Source: Candidatus Omnitrophota bacterium (GTDB lineage: Bacteria; Omnitrophota; Gorgyraeia; Zapsychrales; JANLHA01). Taken from it: a DNA stretch of 32,000 nucleotides. A program made the translations under genes and the position numbers. Below the pieces are notes generated by a model. That model was given only the letters and a program-made list of their open reading frames with translations. It had not been told where the DNA came from and made no database searches. Within the stretch, counting starts at the first letter, position 1. Every line of letters starts with the position of its first letter. The DNA lies in NCBI GenBank assembly GCA_963662715.1, contig OY759724.1, forward strand, positions 2,010,001-2,042,000, written 5' to 3'. Below, piece after piece: positions 24,583 to 32,000 of the stretch.

Positions 24583-25662
24583 ATGGATATTGCCCTGATA
24601 ACCGGCTCAGCCGGACTGATAGGCTCCGAAGCCGTGGAATTCTTCGCGCAAAAAGGGTTCAAGGTGATCGGAATAGATAATGATATGCGCAGGTATTTTT
24701 TTGGTCCCGAAGCTTCAACGCAATGGAATGCTTCCCGCCTGGAACAGGATGTTCTTTCGTACGTGCATAAGAATATCGATATCCGGAATTTTTCCGGCCT
24801 GGAGCCGTTATTTAAAGAATACACCGCTGACATTAAACTTATTATTCATACGGCCGCGCAGCCTTCGCACGACTGGGCGGCCCGGGAACCGATAACGGAT
24901 TTTACGGTCAACGCCAACGGCACCCTGAATCTTCTGGAATTGACGCGGCAGTGCTGCCCGCAAGCGGTTTTTATCTTTACCAGCACGAACAAGGTCTACG
25001 GGGATCTTCCCAACGCTTTGCCTTTGGAAGAGACGGAAACGCGTTGGGAGCTCAGCTCCCGGCATCCTTTTTTCGAGGGGATTGGCGAGACGATGAGCAT
25101 TGATCAATCAAAACATTCTTTGTTCGGGGCTTCGAAAGCGGCGGCGGATATCCTGGTGCAGGAATACGGACGGTATTTTTCTCTGAAGACAGGATGTTTC
25201 CGCGGCGGCTGCTTGACCGGGCCCCGGCATTCCGGAACGATGCTGCACGGATTTCTAGCTTATCTGATGAAGTGTGTTATGACCGGGACTCCGTATACGG
25301 TTTTCGGGTATAAAGGCAAACAGGTCCGGGATAATATTCACAGTTTTGATCTTGTGAATGCATTTTATCATTTTTATTTACAACCCCGCCCGGGAGAAGT
25401 TTATAATATGGGAGGCGGCCGCAAGAACAACTGCTCCATGCTGGAAGCGATCCGGTACTGCGAGGATATTGCAGCGAAAAAATTATCCTGGACGCTTTGC
25501 GAGCAGCCACGGGCGGGTGACCATATCTGGTATATCAGTAACCTGGGCAAATTTAAAAGGCATTATCCCCGGTGGGAGCAGAAATATGATATCCTGGAAA
25601 CGCTTCAGCAGATCAGGGATATTAACAAGGAAAGATGGACCTTAAAGGAGGAGCCTGAATGA
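24583..25662 (+). CDS. Extended SDR, NAD-dependent epimerase/dehydratase family (CDP-paratose/tyvelose 2-epimerase-like), with FxxxK in place of YxxxK
   Basis: The Rossmann motif is [19 protein letters not shown]...ETETR resembles RfbE-type epimerases (from memory). The catalytic-site region reads [12 protein letters not shown]. The track start is GTG 24571. ATG 24583 follows GGGAG. Confidence 0.75.
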   Translation: MDIALITGSAGLIGSEAVEFFAQKGFKVIGIDNDMRRYFFGPEASTQWNASRLEQDVLSYVHKNIDIRNFSGLEPLFKEYTADIKLIIHTAAQPSHDWAAREPITDFTVNANGTLNLLELTRQCCPQAVFIFTSTNKVYGDLPNALPLEETETRWELSSRHPFFEGIGETMSIDQSKHSLFGASKAAADILVQEYGRYFSLKTGCFRGGCLTGPRHSGTMLHGFLAYLMKCVMTGTPYTVFGYKGKQVRDNIHSFDLVNAFYHFYLQPRPGEVYNMGGGRKNNCSMLEAIRYCEDIAAKKLSWTLCEQPRAGDHIWYISNLGKFKRHYPRWEQKYDILETLQQIRDINKERWTLKEEPE

Positions 25663-27059
25663 ACAAGTCAATCGCGGAACATTACGACAGCCTGGCAGAC
25701 CAGCGGGATGATTTTCATAATAAGCATAAATATTATTATTCCCTCCTGTACAAACAGTATCATTATTTGATCCCGGAAGGGAAGAAGGTTTTGGAAGTAG
25801 GATGTTCGACGGGAGACCTGCTCAATGAACTCAAACCCTCTTTGGGGGTCGGCATAGATATCAGCCGGCAGTCGGTTCAGAAAGCCGCAGAGAAATACCC
25901 TCATCTGCAGTTTGAAGCTTGTGCCTTGCAGGATTTTTCGTCCCCGGAAAAATTTGATTTCATTGTTCTTTCCGGTGTCTTGGGCGAGCTGGATGATATT
26001 CAGCAGTTTTTCCTGGACTTGAAGCCGTTTTGTCACGCACAGACGAGAATCATCATCGAGTACTACAGTTATTTATGGCAGTACATTTTAAAATGGGGCG
26101 AAAAGACCGGGATGAAGATTCCGCAGAGGATACAAAACTGGATTACGTATCATGACCTCTGTAACTTTTTAGCTTTGACGGGGTTTGAGCCTGTTAAAAC
26201 GGAAAGAGCTGTTTTATTCCCGGTGAATATTTGGGGGGTGAGTTATCTTATCAACAGGTTTATGGCCCCTTTGCCGATTTTCAATGCTTTAACTCTGAAC
26301 CATATGGTCATTGCCCGGCCGATTCTGGAGTTTGAACGGGATTTCTCTGTTACGATCCTTGTCCCCTGCCGCAATGAGAAGGGGAATATTGAGCATGCTA
26401 TCACCCGAACCCCGGCTTTCGGCCAGCACCAGGAGTTTATTTTTGTGGAAGGCGGTTCCAAAGACGGGACGTATGAAGAAGTGGAAAGGGTCATCCAGGC
26501 CTATCCGGAAAAGGACATTAAACTTTTCCGGCAAAAGGGCAAAGGGAAGGGCGATGCGGTTCGTTTAGGTTTTAGTGAAGCCTCCGGGGAAATCCTGATG
26601 ATCCTGGATGCCGATTTGACCGTGCCCCCGGAAGACTTGCCGAAATTTTACGATGCGATCCGTCACAACCGGGGCGAATTTATTAACGGTTGCCGGCTTG
26701 TGTATCCTATGGAAAAACAGGCGATGCGGTTTTTAAATCTTATTGCCAATAAATTTTTTGGTGTTTTCTTTTCCTGGCTGCTGGGGCAGAGATTTAAGGA
26801 TACCCTTTGCGGGACGAAAGTCCTTTTTAAGCGGGATTATGAATCCTTGGTGGCCAACCGGGCTTATTTCGGGCATTTTGACCCGTTTGGGGATTTTGAT
26901 CTTATTTTCGGAGCTGTGAAGTTGAACCTGAAAGTCCTCGAATTGCCGATCCGTTACAAAGAAAGGACTTACGGAACCACGCAGATCCAGCGGTTCCGGC
27001 ACGGCCTGCTGCTTTTCAGGATGTGTTTTTTTGCGATGAAGAAGATTAAATTTCGTTAA
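25659..27059 (+). CDS. Fusion of a class I SAM methyltransferase (N-terminal) and a GT2 glycosyltransferase (C-terminal, DPM1/GtrB/ArnC-like)
   Basis: Methyltransferase motif I is [11 protein letters not shown]. The GT2 part has [24 protein letters not shown] and ILDADL. The start overlaps the upstream stop in an ATGA arrangement. Confidence 0.8.
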   Translation: MNKSIAEHYDSLADQRDDFHNKHKYYYSLLYKQYHYLIPEGKKVLEVGCSTGDLLNELKPSLGVGIDISRQSVQKAAEKYPHLQFEACALQDFSSPEKFDFIVLSGVLGELDDIQQFFLDLKPFCHAQTRIIIEYYSYLWQYILKWGEKTGMKIPQRIQNWITYHDLCNFLALTGFEPVKTERAVLFPVNIWGVSYLINRFMAPLPIFNALTLNHMVIARPILEFERDFSVTILVPCRNEKGNIEHAITRTPAFGQHQEFIFVEGGSKDGTYEEVERVIQAYPEKDIKLFRQKGKGKGDAVRLGFSEASGEILMILDADLTVPPEDLPKFYDAIRHNRGEFINGCRLVYPMEKQAMRFLNLIANKFFGVFFSWLLGQRFKDTLCGTKVLFKRDYESLVANRAYFGHFDPFGDFDLIFGAVKLNLKVLELPIRYKERTYGTTQIQRFRHGLLLFRMCFFAMKKIKFR

Positions 27060-27131
27060 GTTCTTTACTATTAATATTTTTTGTTTTTTCAAAAACAATA
27101 AAAAGAGACCGTACTAAAGCAAGAAATACAC

Positions 27132-27160
27132 TTGACAATTAATAATATTATTAATAATAT
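27132..27160 (+). promoter_or_regulatory. Strong promoter TTGACA-N17-TAATAT with a perfect 18-bp palindromic operator in the spacer
   Basis: TTGACA lies at 27132-27137. The palindrome ATTAATAATATTATTAAT at 27138-27155 is its own reverse complement. The -10 TAATAT lies at 27155-27160. Confidence 0.65.
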
Positions 27161-27197
27161 GTTCAGGACTTGAACACGTATAACAGAGAGATCCCTT

Positions 27198-27752
27198 GTG
27201 ATCAAAAATACCCTGAACGATAGAGAATTTGAATTAATTAATATTATTGGGTCAGAGCTTGCTAATAATCAAAGAGATCTTTCCCGCCATCTGAATATCT
27301 CCTTAGGCACAACCAATATGATTATCCGTCGGCTTATTGATAAGGGGTATATTCGCATCCGACCTTTAAGAAAACGTAAAGTTGAGTACACATTAACTCC
27401 CAAAGGTTTTTCCGAAAGGCTGGAACAATCCATACATTCAACGCTTAAAACCCTTCATTCTATTAAGCAGGTTAAACAGAATATCCGGGATATTATCAGA
27501 GACTGTTATGCCAGGGGGGAAAGAATGTTTTTTGCTTGCGGGGATGACGATATCTCTTTTTTAATGGAAACCGTGTTTAAGGAACCTGAATTTCAGGATT
27601 GTACGTTCCGTTGCTCATCTCAGGAACCGTTTCCTGAGGCAGAAGGGGTGGTTTTTATTTGTCAGCCGCAACCTGAATCATGGATGTCAGGGAACGGTAA
27701 GAGAATAAATTTAATCGAAATGTTAGCCAAAAAAGTTAATGATGAACAGTGA
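27198..27752 (+). CDS. Winged-helix (MarR-like) transcriptional regulator with an uncharacterised C-terminal domain
   Basis: The HTH region is NQRDLSRHLNISLGTTNMIIRRLIDKGYIRIRP...VEYTLTPKG. The start is GTG with AGAGAG upstream. The gene is visibly more AT-rich than its neighbours. Confidence 0.65.
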   Translation: MIKNTLNDREFELINIIGSELANNQRDLSRHLNISLGTTNMIIRRLIDKGYIRIRPLRKRKVEYTLTPKGFSERLEQSIHSTLKTLHSIKQVKQNIRDIIRDCYARGERMFFACGDDDISFLMETVFKEPEFQDCTFRCSSQEPFPEAEGVVFICQPQPESWMSGNGKRINLIEMLAKKVNDEQ

Positions 27753-28717
27753 GGTCCGTGGTGGAAAAGAAATTTATCATCAGAGAGGAAGATAAGATTT
27801 TTGTTGCCGGCCATAACGGCATGGTGGGCTCCGCAGTGGTCCGTCAGTTTCAAAAGAGAGGCTTTACAAATCTTGTCTTGAAATCCAGAAAAGAGTTGAA
27901 TTTGATAGATACCGGGGCTGTTAAACGGTTTTTTGATGAAGAACAGCCGGATATTGTCATTGACGCCGCTGCCCGCGTGGGCGGGATTAAAGCCAATAAT
28001 GAACATAAAGCCGAATTCCTTTTTGAAAATCTGGCGATTCAAAACAACATTATTCACCAGGCGTTTCTTCATAAGGTGAAAAAACTGTGTTTTTTGGGCA
28101 GCTCGTGTATCTACCCCAGAGAGTGCCCTCAGCCGATGAAGGAAGAATATCTGCTTACCGGGGCTCTGGAGCCGACGAATGAGGGCTATGCCCTGGCCAA
28201 GATCGCAGGCTTAAAAATGGTGGAATACTATCACCGGCAGTATGGTTTTCCCGGCATCAGCCTTATGCCGTGCAACCTTTACGGAACCAATGACTGTTTT
28301 GAACTCGATAAATCACACGTTATTTCCGCCTTGATTAAGAAAACCGTTGATGCCGTTGATGCGGGGAACGACCGTGTGCCCATTTGGGGGACGGGGAAAG
28401 CCTTGCGGGAATTATTGCATGTTGATGACGCCGCTGCGGCGATTGTTTTTATGCTGGAATATTATGATGAACCGGAATTTATTAATGTCGGTTACGGGGA
28501 GGAGATTTCCATAAAAGATCTGGCTGAACTGATCGCCGAAAAAGCAGGGTTCAAAGGGGCGTTGGAATGGGATGCCAGCAAACCGGACGGTATGCCCCGA
28601 AAATGCATGGACGTCAGCCGGATGAAAGCCTTGGGATTTACCCCGCAGATTTCCTTGACCGAAGGCATCGAAAGGACTATTGCTGAGTACCGGGAGCTCA
28701 AGAAATCTTTTTCGTAG
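27749..28717 (+). CDS. fcl: GDP-L-fucose synthase (GDP-4-keto-6-deoxy-D-mannose 3,5-epimerase/4-reductase)
   Basis: From memory, it is near-collinear with E. coli Fcl (IFVAGHNGMVGSA, ELNLID, AARVGGIKANN, FLGSSCIYP, LEPTNEGYALAKIAG). The start is ambiguous among GTG codons at 27749, 27758 and 27761. GAGG precedes 27758. Confidence 0.88.
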   Translation: MRSVVEKKFIIREEDKIFVAGHNGMVGSAVVRQFQKRGFTNLVLKSRKELNLIDTGAVKRFFDEEQPDIVIDAAARVGGIKANNEHKAEFLFENLAIQNNIIHQAFLHKVKKLCFLGSSCIYPRECPQPMKEEYLLTGALEPTNEGYALAKIAGLKMVEYYHRQYGFPGISLMPCNLYGTNDCFELDKSHVISALIKKTVDAVDAGNDRVPIWGTGKALRELLHVDDAAAAIVFMLEYYDEPEFINVGYGEEISIKDLAELIAEKAGFKGALEWDASKPDGMPRKCMDVSRMKALGFTPQISLTEGIERTIAEYRELKKSFS

Positions 28718-28761
28718 TTTTATAAGATATAGCATAATTTTATTATTAAGAAGGAGTCTTC

Positions 28762-29745
28762 ATGCTGAATCAAAAAGTCATTTTAGTTACCGGAGGGACA
28801 GGGTCGTTCGGAAAGAAGTTCACCGAGACGATACTTAAACAATTCAAGGTCAAGAAACTGATCATCTTCAGCCGCGATGAGTATAAGCAGTTTGAGATGG
28901 CGAGGCTTTTTCCGGAAAAAAAATACCCTATCCGTTACTTTTTAGGAGATATTCGGGATAGAAACCGGCTTTACCGGGCCTTTGAAGGCGTTGATTACGT
29001 GGTCCACGCGGCCGCGCTCAAACAGGTCCCGGCTTTGGAATACAACCCGACCGAAGCGGTCAAAACAAATGTCAGCGGCGCTGATAATATTGTTAATGCG
29101 GCGATAGACGCCGGGGTTAAAAAAGTTGTCGCTTTGTCTACGGATAAGGCGGTGAACCCCATCAACCTTTACGGGGCCACAAAACTGGTGGCTGAGAAAA
29201 TATTCATCGCGGCCAATGCCTTTGCCGGAGGCCGGGTGAAATTCTCCGCGGTCCGGTACGGGAACGTCGTGGGCTCCCGGGGCAGCGTTATCCCGCTTTT
29301 TCTTCAATTGAAGAGCAAGGGATGCCATGAGTTTCCGCTCACTGATGAACGCATGACCCGTTTCTGGATTACTTTAGAGCAGGGCGTTAAACTGGTGATT
29401 AAAGCTCTGGACACATCAGAAGGCGGAGAAGTTTTTATCCCTAAAGTGCCTTCGATGAAGATTGTTGATCTGGCCCGGGCGCTTGACCCGGCATGCCGGT
29501 TTAAGACGGTCGGCATCCGGCCGGGCGAAAAAGTCCATGAAACGTTGATTTCGATAGACGAATCCCGCAACACCAAGATTGACGGGGATAATTACGTCAT
29601 CCTTCCCCAGTTTTATGAAACGAAGGATGTCCACCGTCATTATGATAAATTGCCTCCTGTGCCCGAAGAGTTTTCCTATACGAGTGACAACAACCAGCAG
29701 TGGTTGACGGTTGAGCAGTTAAAGAAAATCATTTCAGAGCTCTGA
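28762..29745 (+). CDS. pseB: UDP-N-acetylglucosamine 4,6-dehydratase (inverting), PseB/FlaA1-type
   Basis: Motifs seen: VILVTGGTGSFGK, SRDEYKQ, HAAALKQVP.EYNP, ALSTDKAVNPINLYGATK. AAGGAG lies upstream of the ATG. Confidence 0.85.
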   Translation: MLNQKVILVTGGTGSFGKKFTETILKQFKVKKLIIFSRDEYKQFEMARLFPEKKYPIRYFLGDIRDRNRLYRAFEGVDYVVHAAALKQVPALEYNPTEAVKTNVSGADNIVNAAIDAGVKKVVALSTDKAVNPINLYGATKLVAEKIFIAANAFAGGRVKFSAVRYGNVVGSRGSVIPLFLQLKSKGCHEFPLTDERMTRFWITLEQGVKLVIKALDTSEGGEVFIPKVPSMKIVDLARALDPACRFKTVGIRPGEKVHETLISIDESRNTKIDGDNYVILPQFYETKDVHRHYDKLPPVPEEFSYTSDNNQQWLTVEQLKKIISEL

Positions 29746-29751
29746 AGCGAT

Positions 29752-31197
29752 ATGAATGTAGCCTTTGTTTTCTCTTCTCAAAATGTTTTCTCTCCGGAGA
29801 AACCTTTACAATATCAGGAAGAAATGAATTTTGGTATTTCCTACATATCAGCATTTATAAAAAAACACGGGCATCAAACGCGGCTGTTTATAGTGACCAA
29901 AGACACAAAAATGAAGACTTTTCAGGAATTTGTAGACTCTTTTCAGCCTGAGGTTATCTGTTTTTCCAGCGTGACCAGCGAGTTCCCGTTTATAGTCCGC
30001 TGGATCAGAGATATCAAAGGATCCTACCCGCATATTTATTGTGTCGGAGGCGGCTGTCATATAACCTTGAATCCTCATGACGGCCTGGAGACATCTCTGG
30101 ACGCCCTTTGCATCGGAGAGGGGGAATGGCCGATCCTGGAACTTGTGGAGCAACTGGATCAGGGACGCATTCCGCAGGGAATAAGTAATTTATGGATTAA
30201 GCGGGACGGACAGGTTGAAAAGAACCGTATCCGTCCGTTTTTGGAAAACATTGATGATCTGCCGTTCCCGGACCGGGAGATGTGGCATCCCTGGACATTG
30301 GATCTGGACAGCCGGCCGGCGGTTCTTTTAGGCCGCGGATGTCCTTTTCAATGCACGTACTGTTCAAATCATGCCTTAAAGAAACTGGCATCAGGCACGT
30401 ATGTCCGCTGCCGTTCCGCGGAGAATATTATTGCCGAACTCAAAGAGATCACGTCCCGGCAGCCTTCCGCCAGGGAGGTTTACTTTGAGGTGGAAACATT
30501 TAATGTGAATCTCCCCTGGGCTATCGGTTTGTGTGAAAGATTGGCAGAATTTAACCGGAAAAGGGACATCCCTCTGGAGTTTGGCGTGAACATCCGCGTC
30601 ACGCCTAATACGGATTTTGCTTCGCTTTTTGCGGCCATGAAGAAGAGCCGGTTTTCTTTTATCAATATCGGGGTCGAATCCGGCAGCGAACGGATCCGCC
30701 GGGATATTATGAAGCGGCGGTATTCCAACGACGATATTATGAAGACCGTTGCCCTGGCCCGGGAGCATGGATTAAAAGTGCATTTTTTGAACATGATCGG
30801 TCTCCCGACGGAAACAGAGGAGGATATCCGTCAGACGATTGCTGTTAACCGTGCCTGCCAGCCGGATATGTGGCCGTCCCATTCGATTTTTTTCCCGTAC
30901 CCCGGGACAGAAATTCACCGTATGTGCCGGGAAATGAATTTATTGCCCCCCCAGATGGATGTCGAACGGGAACGCTCCCGGGCCGTGCTTAATCTGGACG
31001 GGTTGTCAAAAAGCAGAATTATGCATTATTTTGTCTGGTTTGACTATTATGTTTATAAAGGTCACCGCCCTTTATGGAAACTGCTGGCCCGGGTTTTTGT
31101 GGCCCGGCTGCATTGCTCGTACCGGTTGATGCGTATTTACCGGGGGCTGACCGAACGGGGCGTTCTTAAAAAATTGAAGGAGTTTCTCAAAAAATAA
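29752..31197 (+). CDS. B12-binding-domain radical SAM protein (class B-like)
   Basis: An N-terminal cobalamin-binding-type domain (VICFSSVTSEF...CVGGGCHITLNP) is followed by GRGCPFQCTYCSN (CxxxCxxC) and an elongated radical SAM core. Confidence 0.8.
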   Translation: MNVAFVFSSQNVFSPEKPLQYQEEMNFGISYISAFIKKHGHQTRLFIVTKDTKMKTFQEFVDSFQPEVICFSSVTSEFPFIVRWIRDIKGSYPHIYCVGGGCHITLNPHDGLETSLDALCIGEGEWPILELVEQLDQGRIPQGISNLWIKRDGQVEKNRIRPFLENIDDLPFPDREMWHPWTLDLDSRPAVLLGRGCPFQCTYCSNHALKKLASGTYVRCRSAENIIAELKEITSRQPSAREVYFEVETFNVNLPWAIGLCERLAEFNRKRDIPLEFGVNIRVTPNTDFASLFAAMKKSRFSFINIGVESGSERIRRDIMKRRYSNDDIMKTVALAREHGLKVHFLNMIGLPTETEEDIRQTIAVNRACQPDMWPSHSIFFPYPGTEIHRMCREMNLLPPQMDVERERSRAVLNLDGLSKSRIMHYFVWFDYYVYKGHRPLWKLLARVFVARLHCSYRLMRIYRGLTERGVLKKLKEFLKK

Positions 31198-31199
31198 AC

Positions 31200-32000
31200 A
31201 TGGCGAACGAAACCAAAAGAAAAGTTATCCCTTACGGACGGCAAAGCATTTCCCAGGAAGATATCAAGGCTGTTGTAAATGTTTTGCGTTCGGACTGGAT
31301 CACTCAAGGGCCCAGGATTCAGGAATTTGAAAAGGCGCTGTGCCGTTATACGGGAGCGAAATACGCGGTTGCCGTGGCCAACGGAACCGCGGGCCTGCAC
31401 CTGGCCTGTTTAGCGGCCGGAGTCGGCCCCGGAGATGAAGTCATCACATCCCCGATGACTTTTTTGGCTTCTGCCAATTGTGTTTTATATTGCGGAGGGA
31501 CCCCGGTCTTTGCCGACATCCAGCCGGATACGGGGAATATCGACCCGGAGGAGATTGCTAAGAAAATCAGCGCAAGAACCAAAGCCGTTATTCCTGTACA
31601 TTTTGCCGGCCATCCCTGTGATTTGAAAGAGATCCGTCGCATGGCCAGGAAGCACAAACTGGTTGTGATTGAAGATGCCTGCCATGCGTTAGGGGCTGAA
31701 TACCAGGGGAAAAAGATCGGCGCCTGCCAGTATTCTGATATGACGGTCTTCAGCTTTCATCCGGTTAAGAGTATTACGACCGGGGAGGGAGGAGCCGTCT
31801 TAACGAATAATAAAAGGATGTATGAAAAACTTGTTCTATTGAGAAACCACGGGATGACGCGGGACAAGGCCAAAATTAAAAAGGGACAGGGGGACTGGTA
31901 TTGCGAAATGCAGGCGTTGGGATTTAATTACCGTATCACCGATATCCAGTGCGCCTTGGGTATAGGGCAGTTAAGCAGACTGGACCGGTTCCTGGCCAAA
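31200..32000 (+). CDS. pseC: DegT/DnrJ/EryC1-family aminotransferase, PseC-like (3' end beyond the window; absent from the ORF track)
   Basis: My own translation from ATG 31200 is open to the window end: MANETKRKVIPYGRQSISQEDIKAVVNVLRSDWITQGPRIQEFE...DACHALGAEY...FSFHPVKSITTGEGG (PLP-lysine context HPVK). The three tracked minus-strand ORFs here are shadows. Confidence 0.8.
   Translation, partial: MANETKRKVIPYGRQSISQEDIKAVVNVLRSDWITQGPRIQEFEKALCRYTGAKYAVAVANGTAGLHLACLAAGVGPGDEVITSPMTFLASANCVLYCGGTPVFADIQPDTGNIDPEEIAKKISARTKAVIPVHFAGHPCDLKEIRRMARKHKLVVIEDACHALGAEYQGKKIGACQYSDMTVFSFHPVKSITTGEGGAVLTNNKRMYEKLVLLRNHGMTRDKAKIKKGQGDWYCEMQALGFNYRITDIQCALGIGQLSRLDRFLAK

Noticed and set aside
24416-24598. 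A 60-aa ORF that starts by ATGA overlap with the methyltransferase stop and runs into the SDR gene start
   Set aside because: Its translation is Gly/Arg/Val/Leu-rich and featureless, and its 3' end overlaps the better-supported SDR start region. It most likely reflects non-coding spacer, although coupling cannot be excluded without expression data.
31137-31685. Three tracked minus-strand ORFs (87, 103 and 66 aa) at the right edge of the window
   Set aside because: The + strand frame from ATG 31200 translates into an unmistakable DegT/PseC aminotransferase that stays open to the window end. The minus-strand ORFs are its shadows.
1-32000. A whole-window scan for CRISPR arrays, tRNA/rRNA/tmRNA genes, IS elements, integrases, toxin-antitoxin pairs and reverse transcriptases
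   Set aside because: I saw no regularly spaced direct repeats, no T-loop or acceptor-type tRNA signatures in the intergenic gaps, and no ORFs with transposase, integrase or RT motifs. This was a visual scan only, so short or degenerate elements could have been missed.

Overview
This window is a gene-dense chromosomal segment, mostly on the + strand, from a diderm-type bacterium (Mla and AsmA-like genes are present); the taxon cannot be assigned from sequence alone. I found no rRNA, tRNA, CRISPR array, transposase or integrase.

Gene order:
- ftsK 3' end and a rodZ-like gene
- rimO-pgsA-pgpA
- thpR-cinA on the - strand
- a promoter, c-di-GMP-I (GEMM-I)-like riboswitch and intrinsic terminator, followed by an untracked 45-aa basic ORF and a YadGH-like ABC-2 transporter
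- metH
- a long same-strand run: orphan receiver, mlaE-mlaF-mlaD, an untracked 58-aa zinc-ribbon ORF, an AsmA-like anchor protein, a ccdA/dsbD-core gene and a 605-aa polytopic membrane protein
- an endonuclease-Q-like PHP nuclease 7 nt upstream of a minimal (516 aa) UvrD-family helicase
- an orphan glycine-zipper membrane protein that abuts convergent metF
- a glycan-modification locus: methyltransferase, a CDP-paratose-epimerase-like SDR with FxxxK in place of YxxxK, a methyltransferase/GT2 fusion, a wHTH regulator with a perfect 18-bp palindromic operator, fcl, pseB, a B12-binding radical SAM gene and pseC (open at the window edge and absent from the ORF track)

The most check-worthy items are the riboswitch unit, the EndoQ-like/UvrD-like pair with its neighbouring membrane orphan, the radical SAM gene inserted between pseB and pseC, the shared AT-rich operator half-sites, and the two small ORFs below the track cutoff. 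All family calls come from motif recognition by eye. No database search was run.
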